Shown here one piece after another: positions 11,492 through 21,703 of a stretch of DNA of 64,000 nt. The notes under the pieces were generated by a model. It ran no database searches. It saw nothing but the letters and a program-made list of their open reading frames with translations, and had not been told where the DNA came from. The stretch's first letter is position 1. Each line of letters starts with the position of its first letter. A program made the position numbers and the translations under genes. This DNA comes from a bacterium. Its GTDB lineage: Bacteria; UBA10199; 2-02-FULL-44-16; JAAZCA01. The stretch spans positions 544,001-608,000 of the forward strand of contig CAXXGI010000003.1 of NCBI GenBank assembly GCA_963674695.2. The letters run 5' to 3'.

Positions 11492-13496
11492 CCGGACTCC
11501 CTGCTTTGGAAAGTGGCAATTTGATCAGGTAGAAACCGAGCAGCGCCAGGACGATGTAGCCGACCCAGGCCGTCGGGTTGGAGAGCAGATGCGGCAGCTT
11601 GATGCTCGCAAATGCCAGCCCTGCGATAAAGAGACCCATGAGCGCCTCACCCGCGATGAGACCGGAGGCGAGCAGAATGCCCATGTTGTCGACCCGAATT
11701 TGTTGTCCTTCGTTGAACTGCTTGCGCTTGGCGATGCTGTCGCAGATGTAACGGACCACGCCGCCGGCGAAGATCGCAAACGTCGTCTCCAGCGGAAGAT
11801 ACATGCCCACCGCGATCAGCATGGGGCTGGGTGCTTTGACAAGAATGAGCCCCAACGACATGAACATACCGGCGATGACCAGCGGCCAGGCCATCTGCCC
11901 GTTGATGATCCCCTCGGAGAGCATGGCCATCAAACCCGCCTGCGGTGCCGGAAGCATTTTGCCGCCGAAGCCGATGCCGCCCATCTGGATGTCGCCCTGG
12001 TGCAGGATCATCAGCGGGATGAAGAGCATGGCGCCGGCAACGACCACGCCGATGAGTTCGCCCAACTCCATCTTCCAGGGCGTACCGCCCAGGATATGTC
12101 CGATCTTCATGTCCTGCATCATGTCGCCCGCAATACCGCAGGAGCAACAGACCACCGCGGCCACACCGATGGCAGCAGCAACGCCGAAGGCACCCGAGAC
12201 GCCGATGGCGACCATAAGGAGCGCGGCGATGATGAGGGTCGAGAGCGTGAGCCCCGAGATCGGGTTATTCGACGAGCCGATGACGCCGACGAGGTATCCG
12301 GCGACGGCGGCGAAGAAGAAACCGGCCACGGCCAGGACGATGGCCGAAACGATGGCACCGGAGACGTGTCCGCAGAAATGATAGTAGAGGAAGGCCATCA
12401 GGATGAGCGCGATGCCCACCAGCGGCAGGATGACCTTGAAGTTGATGTCCTTCTCGAGGCGGTTCGGCGTCACGCCGCTCTCGGCGGCCTTCCTCACATC
12501 GCTGAAGGAACGCTTGATGCCGCCGATGAGCTGGTTGCGCATGTTGTAGAGCGTGTAGATCGCGCCCACGATCATGCCGCCCACCGCGATGGGCCGTACC
12601 ATATAGAGCCAGCTGTAGGTGGCCAGGTTGCTCCATTCGATCGGGTTCGTCCCGGCGCCGTCGGGCATGCTGCCCAAAACGGTCTCGAGCGTCGGTGCCG
12701 TGAAATAGAGCAGCAGCGGGATGAAGAGCCCCCAGGCCAGCACGCCGCCAGCAAAGCAGATCGAGGCGAGCCGCGGCCCGATGATGTAGCCTACGCCCAA
12801 GAAAGCCGGGCTGACATACGGGGTGGAGACGATCATTCCTCCGCCACCAGCCAGCTCGATGACGGTCTTGCGCATGCCGGTCACAAAGGCGACCGAAGAC
12901 TTTGCAAACGGAATGAATTTTTCCCAGACCGGCAGGAACAGCGCCATGCCGGAGGCGAGCTTGATGAATCCACCGACGAGCATGGAGATGAGCAGATAGA
13001 GGGCACCCGTTCCGCCGGTGCGCCCCGCCTTGTGAATTTCAGCCGCCGCGACCGATTCCGGAAACGGCAGTTTGGCCTCTTCGCACATCGTGCGACGCAG
13101 CAGCGTGACGAAGAGCACACCCAGCGTACCGCCGACGATCATGATGGCAGATGATTCCAGATAGTGGGTCCAGGTGTCGAACTTGATCCAGACCTTGGCG
13201 ATGACGAACGCCGGGATCGTGAAGATGGCACCGGCCACGAGCGCCTCGCCGACGCTGGCCACGGTACGAGCGATGTTCTCCTCGAGGATCGACCCCTTGA
13301 AGATACGCAGCACCGCCATGGCGATCACGGCTGCCGGGAAGGCGGCGGCCACGGTCATGCCGGCCTTGAGCCCGAGATAGGCGTTGGCCCCGCCCAGGAT
13401 CACCGACATGATCAGACCCAACAGCATGGCCCTGAAGGTGAACTCCGGCAGGTTCGTCTTCTCGGGTACAAATGATACGTGTTTGTGCTGCGTCAT
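11460..13496 (-). CDS. OPT family oligopeptide transporter
   Basis: ANAYLGLKAG, LPFPES, SNNPISG, QDMKIG, LPAPQA, ASGLIAGE; start ATG 13496. Confidence 0.93.
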   Translation of the reverse strand: MTQHKHVSFVPEKTNLPEFTFRAMLLGLIMSVILGGANAYLGLKAGMTVAAAFPAAVIAMAVLRIFKGSILEENIARTVASVGEALVAGAIFTIPAFVIAKVWIKFDTWTHYLESSAIMIVGGTLGVLFVTLLRRTMCEEAKLPFPESVAAAEIHKAGRTGGTGALYLLISMLVGGFIKLASGMALFLPVWEKFIPFAKSSVAFVTGMRKTVIELAGGGGMIVSTPYVSPAFLGVGYIIGPRLASICFAGGVLAWGLFIPLLLYFTAPTLETVLGSMPDGAGTNPIEWSNLATYSWLYMVRPIAVGGMIVGAIYTLYNMRNQLIGGIKRSFSDVRKAAESGVTPNRLEKDINFKVILPLVGIALILMAFLYYHFCGHVSGAIVSAIVLAVAGFFFAAVAGYLVGVIGSSNNPISGLTLSTLIIAALLMVAIGVSGAFGVAAAIGVAAVVCCSCGIAGDMMQDMKIGHILGGTPWKMELGELIGVVVAGAMLFIPLMILHQGDIQMGGIGFGGKMLPAPQAGLMAMLSEGIINGQMAWPLVIAGMFMSLGLILVKAPSPMLIAVGMYLPLETTFAIFAGGVVRYICDSIAKRKQFNEGQQIRVDNMGILLASGLIAGEALMGLFIAGLAFASIKLPHLLSNPTAWVGYIVLALLGFYLIKLPLSKAGSPDEPAPPSVMD

Positions 13497-13625
13497 TGCC
13501 CCCCCCCTTCGATTCGATGTGAAAGTTGCCGATCCATAGCATGGGCCTAAAAAAACGCAAGTGTTACCAGAGGGTTTGACAGGAACCGCCGAGTTCACAT
13601 AAAGAGGATTATCAGTATGAACGAT

Positions 13626-13771
13626 GTCATTCCCGCGGAGGCGGGGATCTCGATTGTTGGGGAACATCGAGATCCCCGCCTCCGCGGGGATGACAAAGAG
13701 CCTTGGGGATGACAAAGAGCCTTGGGGATGACAAAGAGCCTTGGGGATGACAAAGAACTCGCCAGGATGAC
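13626..13771. repeat. REP doublet followed by tandem 19-bp copies of its end (GGGGATGACAAAGAGCCTT)
   Basis: Three perfect units plus degenerate copies directly upstream of the RBS of the second OPT gene. Confidence 0.85.
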
Positions 13772-13789
13772 AAACGAAAAGGAGACCAC

Positions 13790-15790
13790 ATGGCCACATC
13801 ATTTCAACCGTATGTTCCCGAAAAGACGAGTTTGCCGGAGCTGACCGTCAAAGCGGTCGTGCTCGGCGTGCTCATGGCGGTGGTTCTCGGCGCGGCCAAC
13901 GCCTATCTCGGGCTCAAGGCCGGCATGACCATTTCGGCAGCCTTTCCCGCGGCGGTGATCGCCATGGCCGCCTTTCGCCTCCCCTTCCTGCGCGGCAACG
14001 TGCTCGAGCAGAACATCGCGCGTACGACCGCCTCGGTGGGCGAAGCGCTGGTGGCCGGTGCCATCTTCACGATTCCGGCGTTCGTCATGGTCAATGTCGC
14101 CGGCCAGCGCCTCTGGACCGAGTTTCATTATTGGGAAGTGGCGATGATCACGCTCATCGGCGGTGTGATGGGCATCCTCTTCGTCATTCTGCTCCGTCGC
14201 ACGCTGGTGGTCGACGCCGACCTCCCCTTTCCCGAGGGGTTTGCCTGTTTTGAGATCGTCAAGACCGGCCAGGGTGGCGATACGGGCGCAAAGTATGTCT
14301 TCGGCGCCATGGGGCTGGGCATCCTGATCGAGATATTCAAGAATCCAAACGGTGTGCCTATCATTCAGGAGACGAAGGAGTTCTTCTTCCGCTTTCCGCG
14401 CTCGATCGTGGGGCATTTCACCAGTGCCAAAGAGACGCTGGGCAGTGTGACGCACGAGGGAGGCATGCCCTTTCTGACACCGCTGGCCTCCCCCGCGCTG
14501 ATGAGCGTTGGCTACATCATCGGGCCGAAATATGCGGCGATCAACTTCTCGGGCGGCGTCCTGGCCTGGCTGGTCTTCATTCCGCTCATCCTCTTCGTCA
14601 ATCCGGGTCTGGCGCAGGACGTGGCGGCAAACGGCATCACGCCCAATCACGGCGATATGGTCTTCTCGGTCTGGTTCAACCTCGTTCGTCCCTTCGCCGT
14701 CGGCGCCATGCTCGTCGGTTCGCTCTACACGCTCTGGGGGTTGCGCACTTCTCTCGGCAGCGCGCTCAAGGGGATCTTTTCAAAGCATCGGCACGAAGAG
14801 GCCAAGACGCATAATCGTATCGAGAAGGATCTCAACCTGCGCTGGGTCTTCATCGCGGCCATGGCGCTCGTGATCCCGATGATCTTCCTCTATCAGTATT
14901 TCACGCAGGATTGGGTCGGCGCGATCGTCGCCGCGTTGGTGATGACGCTCACGGCCTTTCTCTTTGCGGCGGTCGGTGGATGGCTGGTCGGTATCGTCGG
15001 CAACTCGAACCAGCCCGTCTCGGGGCTCACCCTCTCCGCGCTCATCATTGCGGCGGTTGTGCTCGTTGGCTTCGGCGTGAAGGGGATGCCGGGCATCGCG
15101 GCGGTGCTCGCGGTGGCGGCGGTGGTCTGCTGCGTGGCCTGCATGTCGGGCGACATGATCCAGGATCTGAAAGTCGGCCAGCTCCTCGGCGGTACGCCCT
15201 GGAAGATGGAGGTCGGCGAGATCATCGGTACGGTGGTCGTGGCGTTCGTGCTCGTCTTTCCGATCATCATGCTCCACGAGGGGACGCCCGGCGGAATCGG
15301 TGGCGCGCGTCTGCCGGCGCCGCAGGCCGGACTCATGGCGCAGCTCGCCGTCGGTATCGTGGGCGGTCAGATGCCGTGGGGGCTCCTCATCACCGGCATG
15401 TTCTTCGCCGTGGCGCTCATCCTCGTGAAGGCGCCGGCGCCCATGCTCATCGCCGTCGGTATGTACCTTCCCTTCGAGACGACCTTTGCCATCTTCGTCG
15501 GCGGCGTCATCGCCTGGATCGCGGGAATCATTGCGCGACGTCGCGGGATCGAGCGAACCTCGCTCGAAGGTCCGGGCATTCTCGTCGCCTCCGGGTTCAT
15601 CGCGGGCGAAGCGCTCACCGGGGTTTTTCTCGCCGGGCTCGTGCTCGTGGGCATTCCGTCGATCTCGGGTTCGCTCTTCGGCGTCGAGGTGCCCTCGCTG
15701 CTGGGCAGCGCCGGCGGATGGATCTCGCTCGCGGTCTTCGCCATCGTCGCCTACTGCCTCATCTGGATGCCGGTACGGAAGAAGGGGTAG
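13790..15790 (+). CDS. OPT family oligopeptide transporter (paralog)
   Basis: Same OPT motifs: ANAYLGLKAG, LPFPEG, NSNQPVSG, QDLKVG, LPAPQA. Confidence 0.93.
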   Translation: MATSFQPYVPEKTSLPELTVKAVVLGVLMAVVLGAANAYLGLKAGMTISAAFPAAVIAMAAFRLPFLRGNVLEQNIARTTASVGEALVAGAIFTIPAFVMVNVAGQRLWTEFHYWEVAMITLIGGVMGILFVILLRRTLVVDADLPFPEGFACFEIVKTGQGGDTGAKYVFGAMGLGILIEIFKNPNGVPIIQETKEFFFRFPRSIVGHFTSAKETLGSVTHEGGMPFLTPLASPALMSVGYIIGPKYAAINFSGGVLAWLVFIPLILFVNPGLAQDVAANGITPNHGDMVFSVWFNLVRPFAVGAMLVGSLYTLWGLRTSLGSALKGIFSKHRHEEAKTHNRIEKDLNLRWVFIAAMALVIPMIFLYQYFTQDWVGAIVAALVMTLTAFLFAAVGGWLVGIVGNSNQPVSGLTLSALIIAAVVLVGFGVKGMPGIAAVLAVAAVVCCVACMSGDMIQDLKVGQLLGGTPWKMEVGEIIGTVVVAFVLVFPIIMLHEGTPGGIGGARLPAPQAGLMAQLAVGIVGGQMPWGLLITGMFFAVALILVKAPAPMLIAVGMYLPFETTFAIFVGGVIAWIAGIIARRRGIERTSLEGPGILVASGFIAGEALTGVFLAGLVLVGIPSISGSLFGVEVPSLLGSAGGWISLAVFAIVAYCLIWMPVRKKG

Positions 15791-15816
15791 ATGAAAAACG
15801 GATGATGTGAATCTAT

Positions 15817-15850
15817 AACCCCCCGAGCGTTTTTCGCTCGGGGGGTTTTG
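15817..15850. terminator. Intrinsic terminator, probably bidirectional
   Basis: aaccccccgagcg-ttttt-cgctcggggggtt followed by a T-rich tract, between convergent genes. Confidence 0.8.
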
Positions 15851-15877
15851 TTTGTGATGTAGGTGCGGCACGCTTCC

Positions 15878-18800
15878 CTACTCCGCCAATTGTGAGCAGA
15901 TGAGTCCCGCCTTCTGAATGCTGTCGCATTCGCCGGGCAAGCAGTCGCGTCCCATCTCGGCCGGGGAGATCTCCGGATCCCAGAGACCGATCATGCCCAC
16001 CGCGACGGCCAGCGAGTCATCCGCGGGATTGTCATCGCCACGGCAGAGCATCGTGCGTCGGCTGCCCTTGTCGAAGCCATCGCCGAACATGCCGGTCCAG
16101 ACGTGGTGTTCGGTGTCGATCGTCCACGTCCAGCTCTCCGGAGCATCGTTCGGGTTCGCGATGATGAGCGGGCTGCACTCCACATCGTAGATGCGCATGA
16201 GATATTCGTAGTCCCGTTCCTGCTCCTTGCCCAGGATCAGTGGCGCAACCGCGGGGATAACGACCGCGACCATCGTGTTGAGGTCGTTTGGGGTACTATT
16301 GATATATGTCTTCTTCGTCGCACGGTAGGATCCTGTCACGACATGCCCCGGCGGACAGAGGTAACGACTCGGGGCGCCACCGAGTTTATCGAAATCGGCG
16401 TCGTTGAGGGCATCCTGGTGTGTGCCGTAGCCGTAGGCGCGTTCGGGCTGCTGGACGCCGTCCGGATCTTCGTCGAAGCGATAGAGATCGTCGAAGACGT
16501 CGGTGAACGGCTTGTAGATGGGGCGCAAGTATTGGATGGGGAGCGACAGATCCCAATCGGCAGGGAGTATGTCGATGTAATCGATTTCGCTTTCACCGTG
16601 ATTGTGGGATACGGATGGTTCTGCGATGTTGTCGAGGATCTCATCGAGGCTGAGCGTATAGGCGTCGACGTCATAATATGATTCCACGATCGACTGATTG
16701 AGCTCCTGCAGCGCCCTCTTCTTTCCCTCATCACCGCTGAAGTCGACGAAGTTGAACCACCCTTTCACCGTGCCCGCGCGCGCCTTCATCGTGTCCCATT
16801 CGTCGAAGTCCTCGGCCCGCTTCCAGGAGGCGTTGATATCGATCAGGCCGTCCTGGTCGGTGTCGGAGAGCTTGAGGGATTCGAGATAGTAATACCCAGA
16901 CGAAGCGGGGTGAGCGGCATTCTGCAGGACGGCCGCATACGAAGAGAAGTGATCGCGCGACATATCGATGCCTTCATCGAAGGCCTCGATCATCCAAGAC
17001 TTATATTCATCTCCTCGAATAGAGAGCATCACTTCGCCATGCAGAAGCGATTGGATCGACTCAGCGCAACCGGGCTCACCCGCGCACAGGGGATGATCTT
17101 CAGGATTACGCGCGAGGGCCTCGTCGTCGAACATGTTCCCGAGGATGCCGGAGAGGACCTCGCGGGGAAGATCGTTCATAAACAGGCTGTCATAGGGGGT
17201 ATAGAAATGCGCCGGCAGATTCCAGACGGTTCCAGATGCGCGAGCTCCACGCTCTGGCAGGACCGCAAACCCGGTCATGACGAGTCCCTCGTCGGCGATG
17301 TCGGCTTCACCCGCGGCATAGTCCGGCTTGTGGAGGCCATTGGTCGTGAGAAACTTGAGGCCATCCTTGCGTTTGAGCCCGTCCATGCGCATCGTCTGCG
17401 CATTGTCGAACTGATCGACGAGCTGGATGTTGGGGACGTATTGCTGAGCCAGTGAATCTCGAGATCCCCTGCTGCGAACGCCGATGACATCGCGTTCAGA
17501 ACCGATCGTGATCTTCGAGCAGCCCATCTTCCACCGGGTGCCCGTTTCTGTGTCGACATGCGTGCACTCGGAGGCAAGAAGGTGTTTCACCTTGTCATAG
17601 GTCCAATGGGCACAGATGGTGCCGTGACAGTCTTTCTTGCGCTCGTACATGATCGGTCCAGTCCTATCCTTGGGCATGAAGCCGCTCATCCACTCGCTTC
17701 CCGAGGCATCGCCCCAGGGGCCGATGAAGACGGAGACGGTCGCGATGGCCTCGGCTTCGCGTTTGGCGTTGGTCATATAGATCGGCCCATATCGGTTCAC
17801 CTGAATGCACTCGGCAAACATCGCCTTGACCGAACGCTCTTTGCAGGACGCTTTGATGAGATAGTTTCCGCTGTCATCGTATTGAACCGTTCCTTCATCG
17901 TCGAGTTCCATGCAATCCCCGCACTCGTCATCAATCCGATTTTGTGCATACTCCGACCGGGTGAACGCCGTATTGATGCGGTGCAGGATAAAGTCTTCGG
18001 GGCAAAGACGATCGACGGTTGCCTCATCGGCATAGGATGTCACCGTTCGAGACATCTTGGTGAAGGTCTCGCCGACGAACCCCTGCCCGCCCTTGAATTC
18101 ATGGCAGATGACGCCATGGATGCGGGGCGCGCTCGTGCCGGTGATGAGCCCCACGACATAGGCGTCGTCGTCGCCGCAGTCGAATTCCTCTTCTTCCTCT
18201 TCGTCGTCATCTGTAGTGGCGATGAGCTTGCCACGCAGCATGCGGTCGATGCTTCGCTCGAGCGTGATGTCGGCGCTATTGAAGGGACTATCGAAGATCT
18301 GGTACTCCGTGTGCGCATCGCTGCAAGCCACGTTCGTGCGGGCGATTCCAAGACGCGAATCCATCGCGTGGGCTCTCGTCCGTCGGTCGGTGACCGTCTT
18401 GAGGGCGGTGCTCAGATCCGTGCGCAGCGCCACGCATGTTGCCGCAGCTTCTTGTGTCTCGATTCGCTTTGTGGCGATGGCGAGCGTGAGTCCAGCGATC
18501 TCTTCACTCGTCTCCTTCGAGACCGGCAGCTGCATATAATTGATCATCGCGGCACGGGTGAGCGCATCCATGTCGTGATCGACGGATGGATCGACCTGCG
18601 CGACGTTGAGGGCAAAATTGATCTCGCCCTCAAGTCTGAGGCCTTCGATCGTGCCGGGAATGGGATCAAGACAGATCGCAACCTCCTGGCTGAATTCGCG
18701 TTGGAACGCATCAAAGGCGCGTTTGTCTTTGAGTGTGCGCCGTGACGTCCTCAGCTCGTCGTAGCTGGCGGCTGTGGCCAGATCACGAAGCTCGACGAGC

Positions 18801-19702
18801 AGCGCCTGGCTGGCGGGGAAACGCTTTTCATTGAGTTTTCCGAGCGACATCTTGCCCTGCGCGCTTTTGGCATGCGGATTGCCGGCGATGCAGAGATCGA
18901 GGATCGCCTTCTGGCAGCCATCGGCCATGTTCGCGAGCGTGGCATGCGTATCGGCATTGGCATAGGTCAGGATGCGGCGCTGCAACGCTTCGAGGGATGA
19001 CGTGATGTGCTGGCGCAGTCCTTGACAGGTCACGGCCGCTTCATGCGCTCCCATTCGTTTGGTGGCGACAGCCAGCGTGAGGCCTGCGACCTCTTCGCTG
19101 ACCTCCCGTGCGATGGGGAGCTGCATAAAGTTGATCATCGCCGCGCGCGTGAGCTCATCCATCGTGTCATTCTGCGTGGGGTCGGCCTGCACGACATTGA
19201 GGGCGAAGCGAATCTCGCCTTCGAGCGTGGCATTGGGGATCGTTCCGGGAATGCCGTTGAGACAGGAGGCGACGACGTTATCGCTGTCGTTCAGAAATGA
19301 TTCGATGCCACTCATGACGCGAATGTCGTGTTGCGCAGCACGCAGTTCGTCGAAGTGGATCTGCTCGGCGAGACGTCGCAGAGAGACGAGGAGATCCTGG
19401 CTCGAGGCGAAGCGCTGTTCATTGAGTGTACCCAGCGACATCCTGTCGAGGACGCCCGGAGCGCTCGGATCGCCGGCCATGCAACGGTTGCGCATCCCTT
19501 CCGCATCGACCTGGATGACATCGCTGTCACCGCGACGCAGCGGGTCGTCCGCAACGGCGGTGTCATTTCCGCCGACGATGATGCGCGTCTCTTTCGGGGG
19601 CGTGAACCCGGTAATGAGGGTCCCTCCTGCGGCGAGGCTTATGTTCGCACAGAGGGTGGTGGTGAAGATGGTGACGGCAGTGATAATGAGTGATCGACGC
19701 AT
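15878..19702 (-). CDS. Large secreted Cys-rich hypothetical protein with a duplicated ~197-aa N-terminal domain
   Basis: Signal peptide, AGGAGG RBS, clear internal repeat, acidic DDDEEEEEE linker; no recognisable family. Confidence 0.85.
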   Translation of the reverse strand: MRRSLIITAVTIFTTTLCANISLAAGGTLITGFTPPKETRIIVGGNDTAVADDPLRRGDSDVIQVDAEGMRNRCMAGDPSAPGVLDRMSLGTLNEQRFASSQDLLVSLRRLAEQIHFDELRAAQHDIRVMSGIESFLNDSDNVVASCLNGIPGTIPNATLEGEIRFALNVVQADPTQNDTMDELTRAAMINFMQLPIAREVSEEVAGLTLAVATKRMGAHEAAVTCQGLRQHITSSLEALQRRILTYANADTHATLANMADGCQKAILDLCIAGNPHAKSAQGKMSLGKLNEKRFPASQALLVELRDLATAASYDELRTSRRTLKDKRAFDAFQREFSQEVAICLDPIPGTIEGLRLEGEINFALNVAQVDPSVDHDMDALTRAAMINYMQLPVSKETSEEIAGLTLAIATKRIETQEAAATCVALRTDLSTALKTVTDRRTRAHAMDSRLGIARTNVACSDAHTEYQIFDSPFNSADITLERSIDRMLRGKLIATTDDDEEEEEEFDCGDDDAYVVGLITGTSAPRIHGVICHEFKGGQGFVGETFTKMSRTVTSYADEATVDRLCPEDFILHRINTAFTRSEYAQNRIDDECGDCMELDDEGTVQYDDSGNYLIKASCKERSVKAMFAECIQVNRYGPIYMTNAKREAEAIATVSVFIGPWGDASGSEWMSGFMPKDRTGPIMYERKKDCHGTICAHWTYDKVKHLLASECTHVDTETGTRWKMGCSKITIGSERDVIGVRSRGSRDSLAQQYVPNIQLVDQFDNAQTMRMDGLKRKDGLKFLTTNGLHKPDYAAGEADIADEGLVMTGFAVLPERGARASGTVWNLPAHFYTPYDSLFMNDLPREVLSGILGNMFDDEALARNPEDHPLCAGEPGCAESIQSLLHGEVMLSIRGDEYKSWMIEAFDEGIDMSRDHFSSYAAVLQNAAHPASSGYYYLESLKLSDTDQDGLIDINASWKRAEDFDEWDTMKARAGTVKGWFNFVDFSGDEGKKRALQELNQSIVESYYDVDAYTLSLDEILDNIAEPSVSHNHGESEIDYIDILPADWDLSLPIQYLRPIYKPFTDVFDDLYRFDEDPDGVQQPERAYGYGTHQDALNDADFDKLGGAPSRYLCPPGHVVTGSYRATKKTYINSTPNDLNTMVAVVIPAVAPLILGKEQERDYEYLMRIYDVECSPLIIANPNDAPESWTWTIDTEHHVWTGMFGDGFDKGSRRTMLCRGDDNPADDSLAVAVGMIGLWDPEISPAEMGRDCLPGECDSIQKAGLICSQLAE

Positions 19703-19723
19703 GGTGAACCTCCTGTGTAGGTG

Positions 19724-19751
19724 TTATCGGCAAGGGGGTATTGTGATGTTG
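19724..19751 (-). promoter_or_regulatory. sigma28-like promoter motif CAAC-N17-CCGATAA
   Basis: Reverse complement caacatcacaatacccccttgccgataa, about 22 nt upstream of ATG 19702. Confidence 0.7.
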
Positions 19752-19893
19752 TGTGTGATTTGAAGCTAAATACGGTCAATTCTAATATGGTGTGTGGATG
19801 CGGTAGGTTGCGAGGATTGCGGCCGAAAGAAACCGTGGACAGCTGTGTACAAATATGCGCGCCATATAGCAGTGTCGGGCGGGAGGGTACGTC

Positions 19894-21135
19894 TCAATCG
19901 TCCAGATCGTCCGTCTGGCCAGGGCTCTCGAACTCATTCCATTCCGCATAGGCAGTGATGGCACGCGTACAGGCTGTTTTTGCCTGCTTGATGTCATTGG
20001 TGAGCGTGCTGGACGTGTATGTTCTCGTTACGGTCTCGATTTCACGAATCCTCTGGAGAAGGTCTGAACGATACGTGGTGCAGCCCTCGGCTGCCGACTT
20101 GAAATAGACGTAGGCCTCGGTTGCATCGGTTTGAACATCCGTTCTCGTATTGGTACAGAATGTTTCTGCGTTTGCCGCACAGGTGGTCTTCTGGCCCTTC
20201 ACATCTCTTTCCAGTGCCTTGAGGGCGTCGTATTCCTGATCGAGCGCATCCAGATAGGAACCCATCTCGTCACAGGAAGCGTTGCGCGATGGTTCGGGTG
20301 TCTGATCCACGTCCAGATCCATGGTGATGGGGGTTCCAGAAAAGACCGGCACCTTCTCTTCATCGGGGATGGCGACTGTCGAGAGATCGGTCCAGGGAGC
20401 CGGGGTGGGAGCGGAGGAGCACAGGACATTGATCCCGATCTTCATAAATGGACTCAGAAGTGCATCCGTTCCGTAGATAAATGAAGGCGTCAGACAGGCA
20501 TCGACGTGTTCTTTGTCAATTCCGCTTTCACGAAAATCGCCAAAAGCTGGTGCGCCCGTGAGTTGATCCTTCGCTTCAACATAGGCGGCCAGTTCAGTGC
20601 TTCTGAACGCAGCGCTCACAGCGGACTGTAGGTCAGTACAGGCCGATCTGAACGTCCTGGTGCGGAGTGTCTCGAGGGATTCATCCCGATCGTTCCCCTC
20701 TTCACATCGCGTGAGCTTCTCCCGCTCATCGATCGCCTCGTCGATATTGCTGCTGCCGATCGAACAGGCCCTGCTTCCGCACGCTGATGCGACCGGTTCA
20801 ATGAGCCCGCCCTCCTCGATCTTCGTGCGCTGGCGTTCGATGTCAGCGAGCGCATCCTCGATATCGTCGGTAATCCGTTCGCAGCTCAGCGTTTCACAGT
20901 CTGGGCCAACGCAGGCCCTATCATCGTCGTCGTCATCATCGCCGGAATTATGGCAAAGCGGGCCCGTGCAGACAAAATCATCGTCATCGCCTCTGTTGAT
21001 ATCGATTTGGGTGTTATCGTCATCGGGTACTGCGGCGGCAGAACCACTGCTCAGGTTGCAGGAAATCATTCCGGCCACCAAGACGCAGGCGACGAGGATC
21101 CCAAAGAGGCGAATGCCGTTCGAATCGTTTTTCAT
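19894..21135 (-). CDS. Cys-rich helical hypothetical lipoprotein
   Basis: MKNDSNGIRLFGILVACVLVAGMIS-C lipobox-like signal; Asp-rich linker; contains a segment resembling the repeat of the neighbouring 1274-aa protein. Confidence 0.8.
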   Translation of the reverse strand: MKNDSNGIRLFGILVACVLVAGMISCNLSSGSAAAVPDDDNTQIDINRGDDDDFVCTGPLCHNSGDDDDDDDRACVGPDCETLSCERITDDIEDALADIERQRTKIEEGGLIEPVASACGSRACSIGSSNIDEAIDEREKLTRCEEGNDRDESLETLRTRTFRSACTDLQSAVSAAFRSTELAAYVEAKDQLTGAPAFGDFRESGIDKEHVDACLTPSFIYGTDALLSPFMKIGINVLCSSAPTPAPWTDLSTVAIPDEEKVPVFSGTPITMDLDVDQTPEPSRNASCDEMGSYLDALDQEYDALKALERDVKGQKTTCAANAETFCTNTRTDVQTDATEAYVYFKSAAEGCTTYRSDLLQRIREIETVTRTYTSSTLTNDIKQAKTACTRAITAYAEWNEFESPGQTDDLDD

Positions 21136-21209
21136 GGGCAACCCTTTCCGATACCATTCATGCCGCGTGTCGATGACACGCACGGCGAGACAGATCATTT
21201 CCATCGGTA

Positions 21210-21237
21210 TTATCGGGTGACGCTGCTGCTCATGTTG
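21210..21237 (-). promoter_or_regulatory. sigma28-like promoter motif CAAC-N17-CCGATAA
   Basis: Reverse complement caacatgagcagcagcgtcacccgataa. Confidence 0.7.
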
Positions 21238-21347
21238 TGTGGGAAAACGGAGAAAAAGCGGACGCTTTTAAATACGACTTCAATTGCGAGGAGATGGCAT
21301 GATGGTGCGAAGACAGAAACCGTTGACTGCGTGTGTACACGACTCCC

Positions 21348-21689
21348 TCAAAACCCCTTTTCGATCTTCAGACCGCGGATGAGCTCGTCGACCTCTTCAT
21401 CATAGGTGGCGTCGTCGAAGAGGAGTTCCTCGCTGCGTTCAGCGCCGGCGGCCTCGTCGACCGAGCGGACAAAATCGGGGGAACGCAGTTCCTTCTTGAT
21501 GATCTCGACATAGCGATCGGGGTGCTCGCGCATGACGCCTTCGATATAGCGGTTGAGCCGCTTGGCCTGGCGCTTGCGCTTCTCGTCGCGAAGGCGTTTC
21601 CAGTTTCGCAGATAGTGCAGCCGACAATATCCCTCGGTCGTGGCGGAATTGTGGCACCCTTCTTCTTTGCAAATTCTGATGCGGGCCAT
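21348..21689 (-). CDS. Small hypothetical protein with a putative N-terminal C-x4-C-x9-C-x2-H zinc site
   Basis: CKEEGCHNSATTEGYCRLH followed by a basic helix and an acidic tail. Confidence 0.75.
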   Translation of the reverse strand: MARIRICKEEGCHNSATTEGYCRLHYLRNWKRLRDEKRKRQAKRLNRYIEGVMREHPDRYVEIIKKELRSPDFVRSVDEAAGAERSEELLFDDATYDEEVDELIRGLKIEKGF

Positions 21690-21703
21690 AAAAAATCCAT
21701 GTC

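Noticed and set aside
10464-13154. 896-aa plus-strand ORF and similar long ORFs (4948-6780, 2448-3836, 36482-38059, 42085-43530, 53659-55491, 57735-59102)
   Set aside because: These are antisense shadows of well-supported genes, as expected from GC-rich codon bias, and show no motifs.
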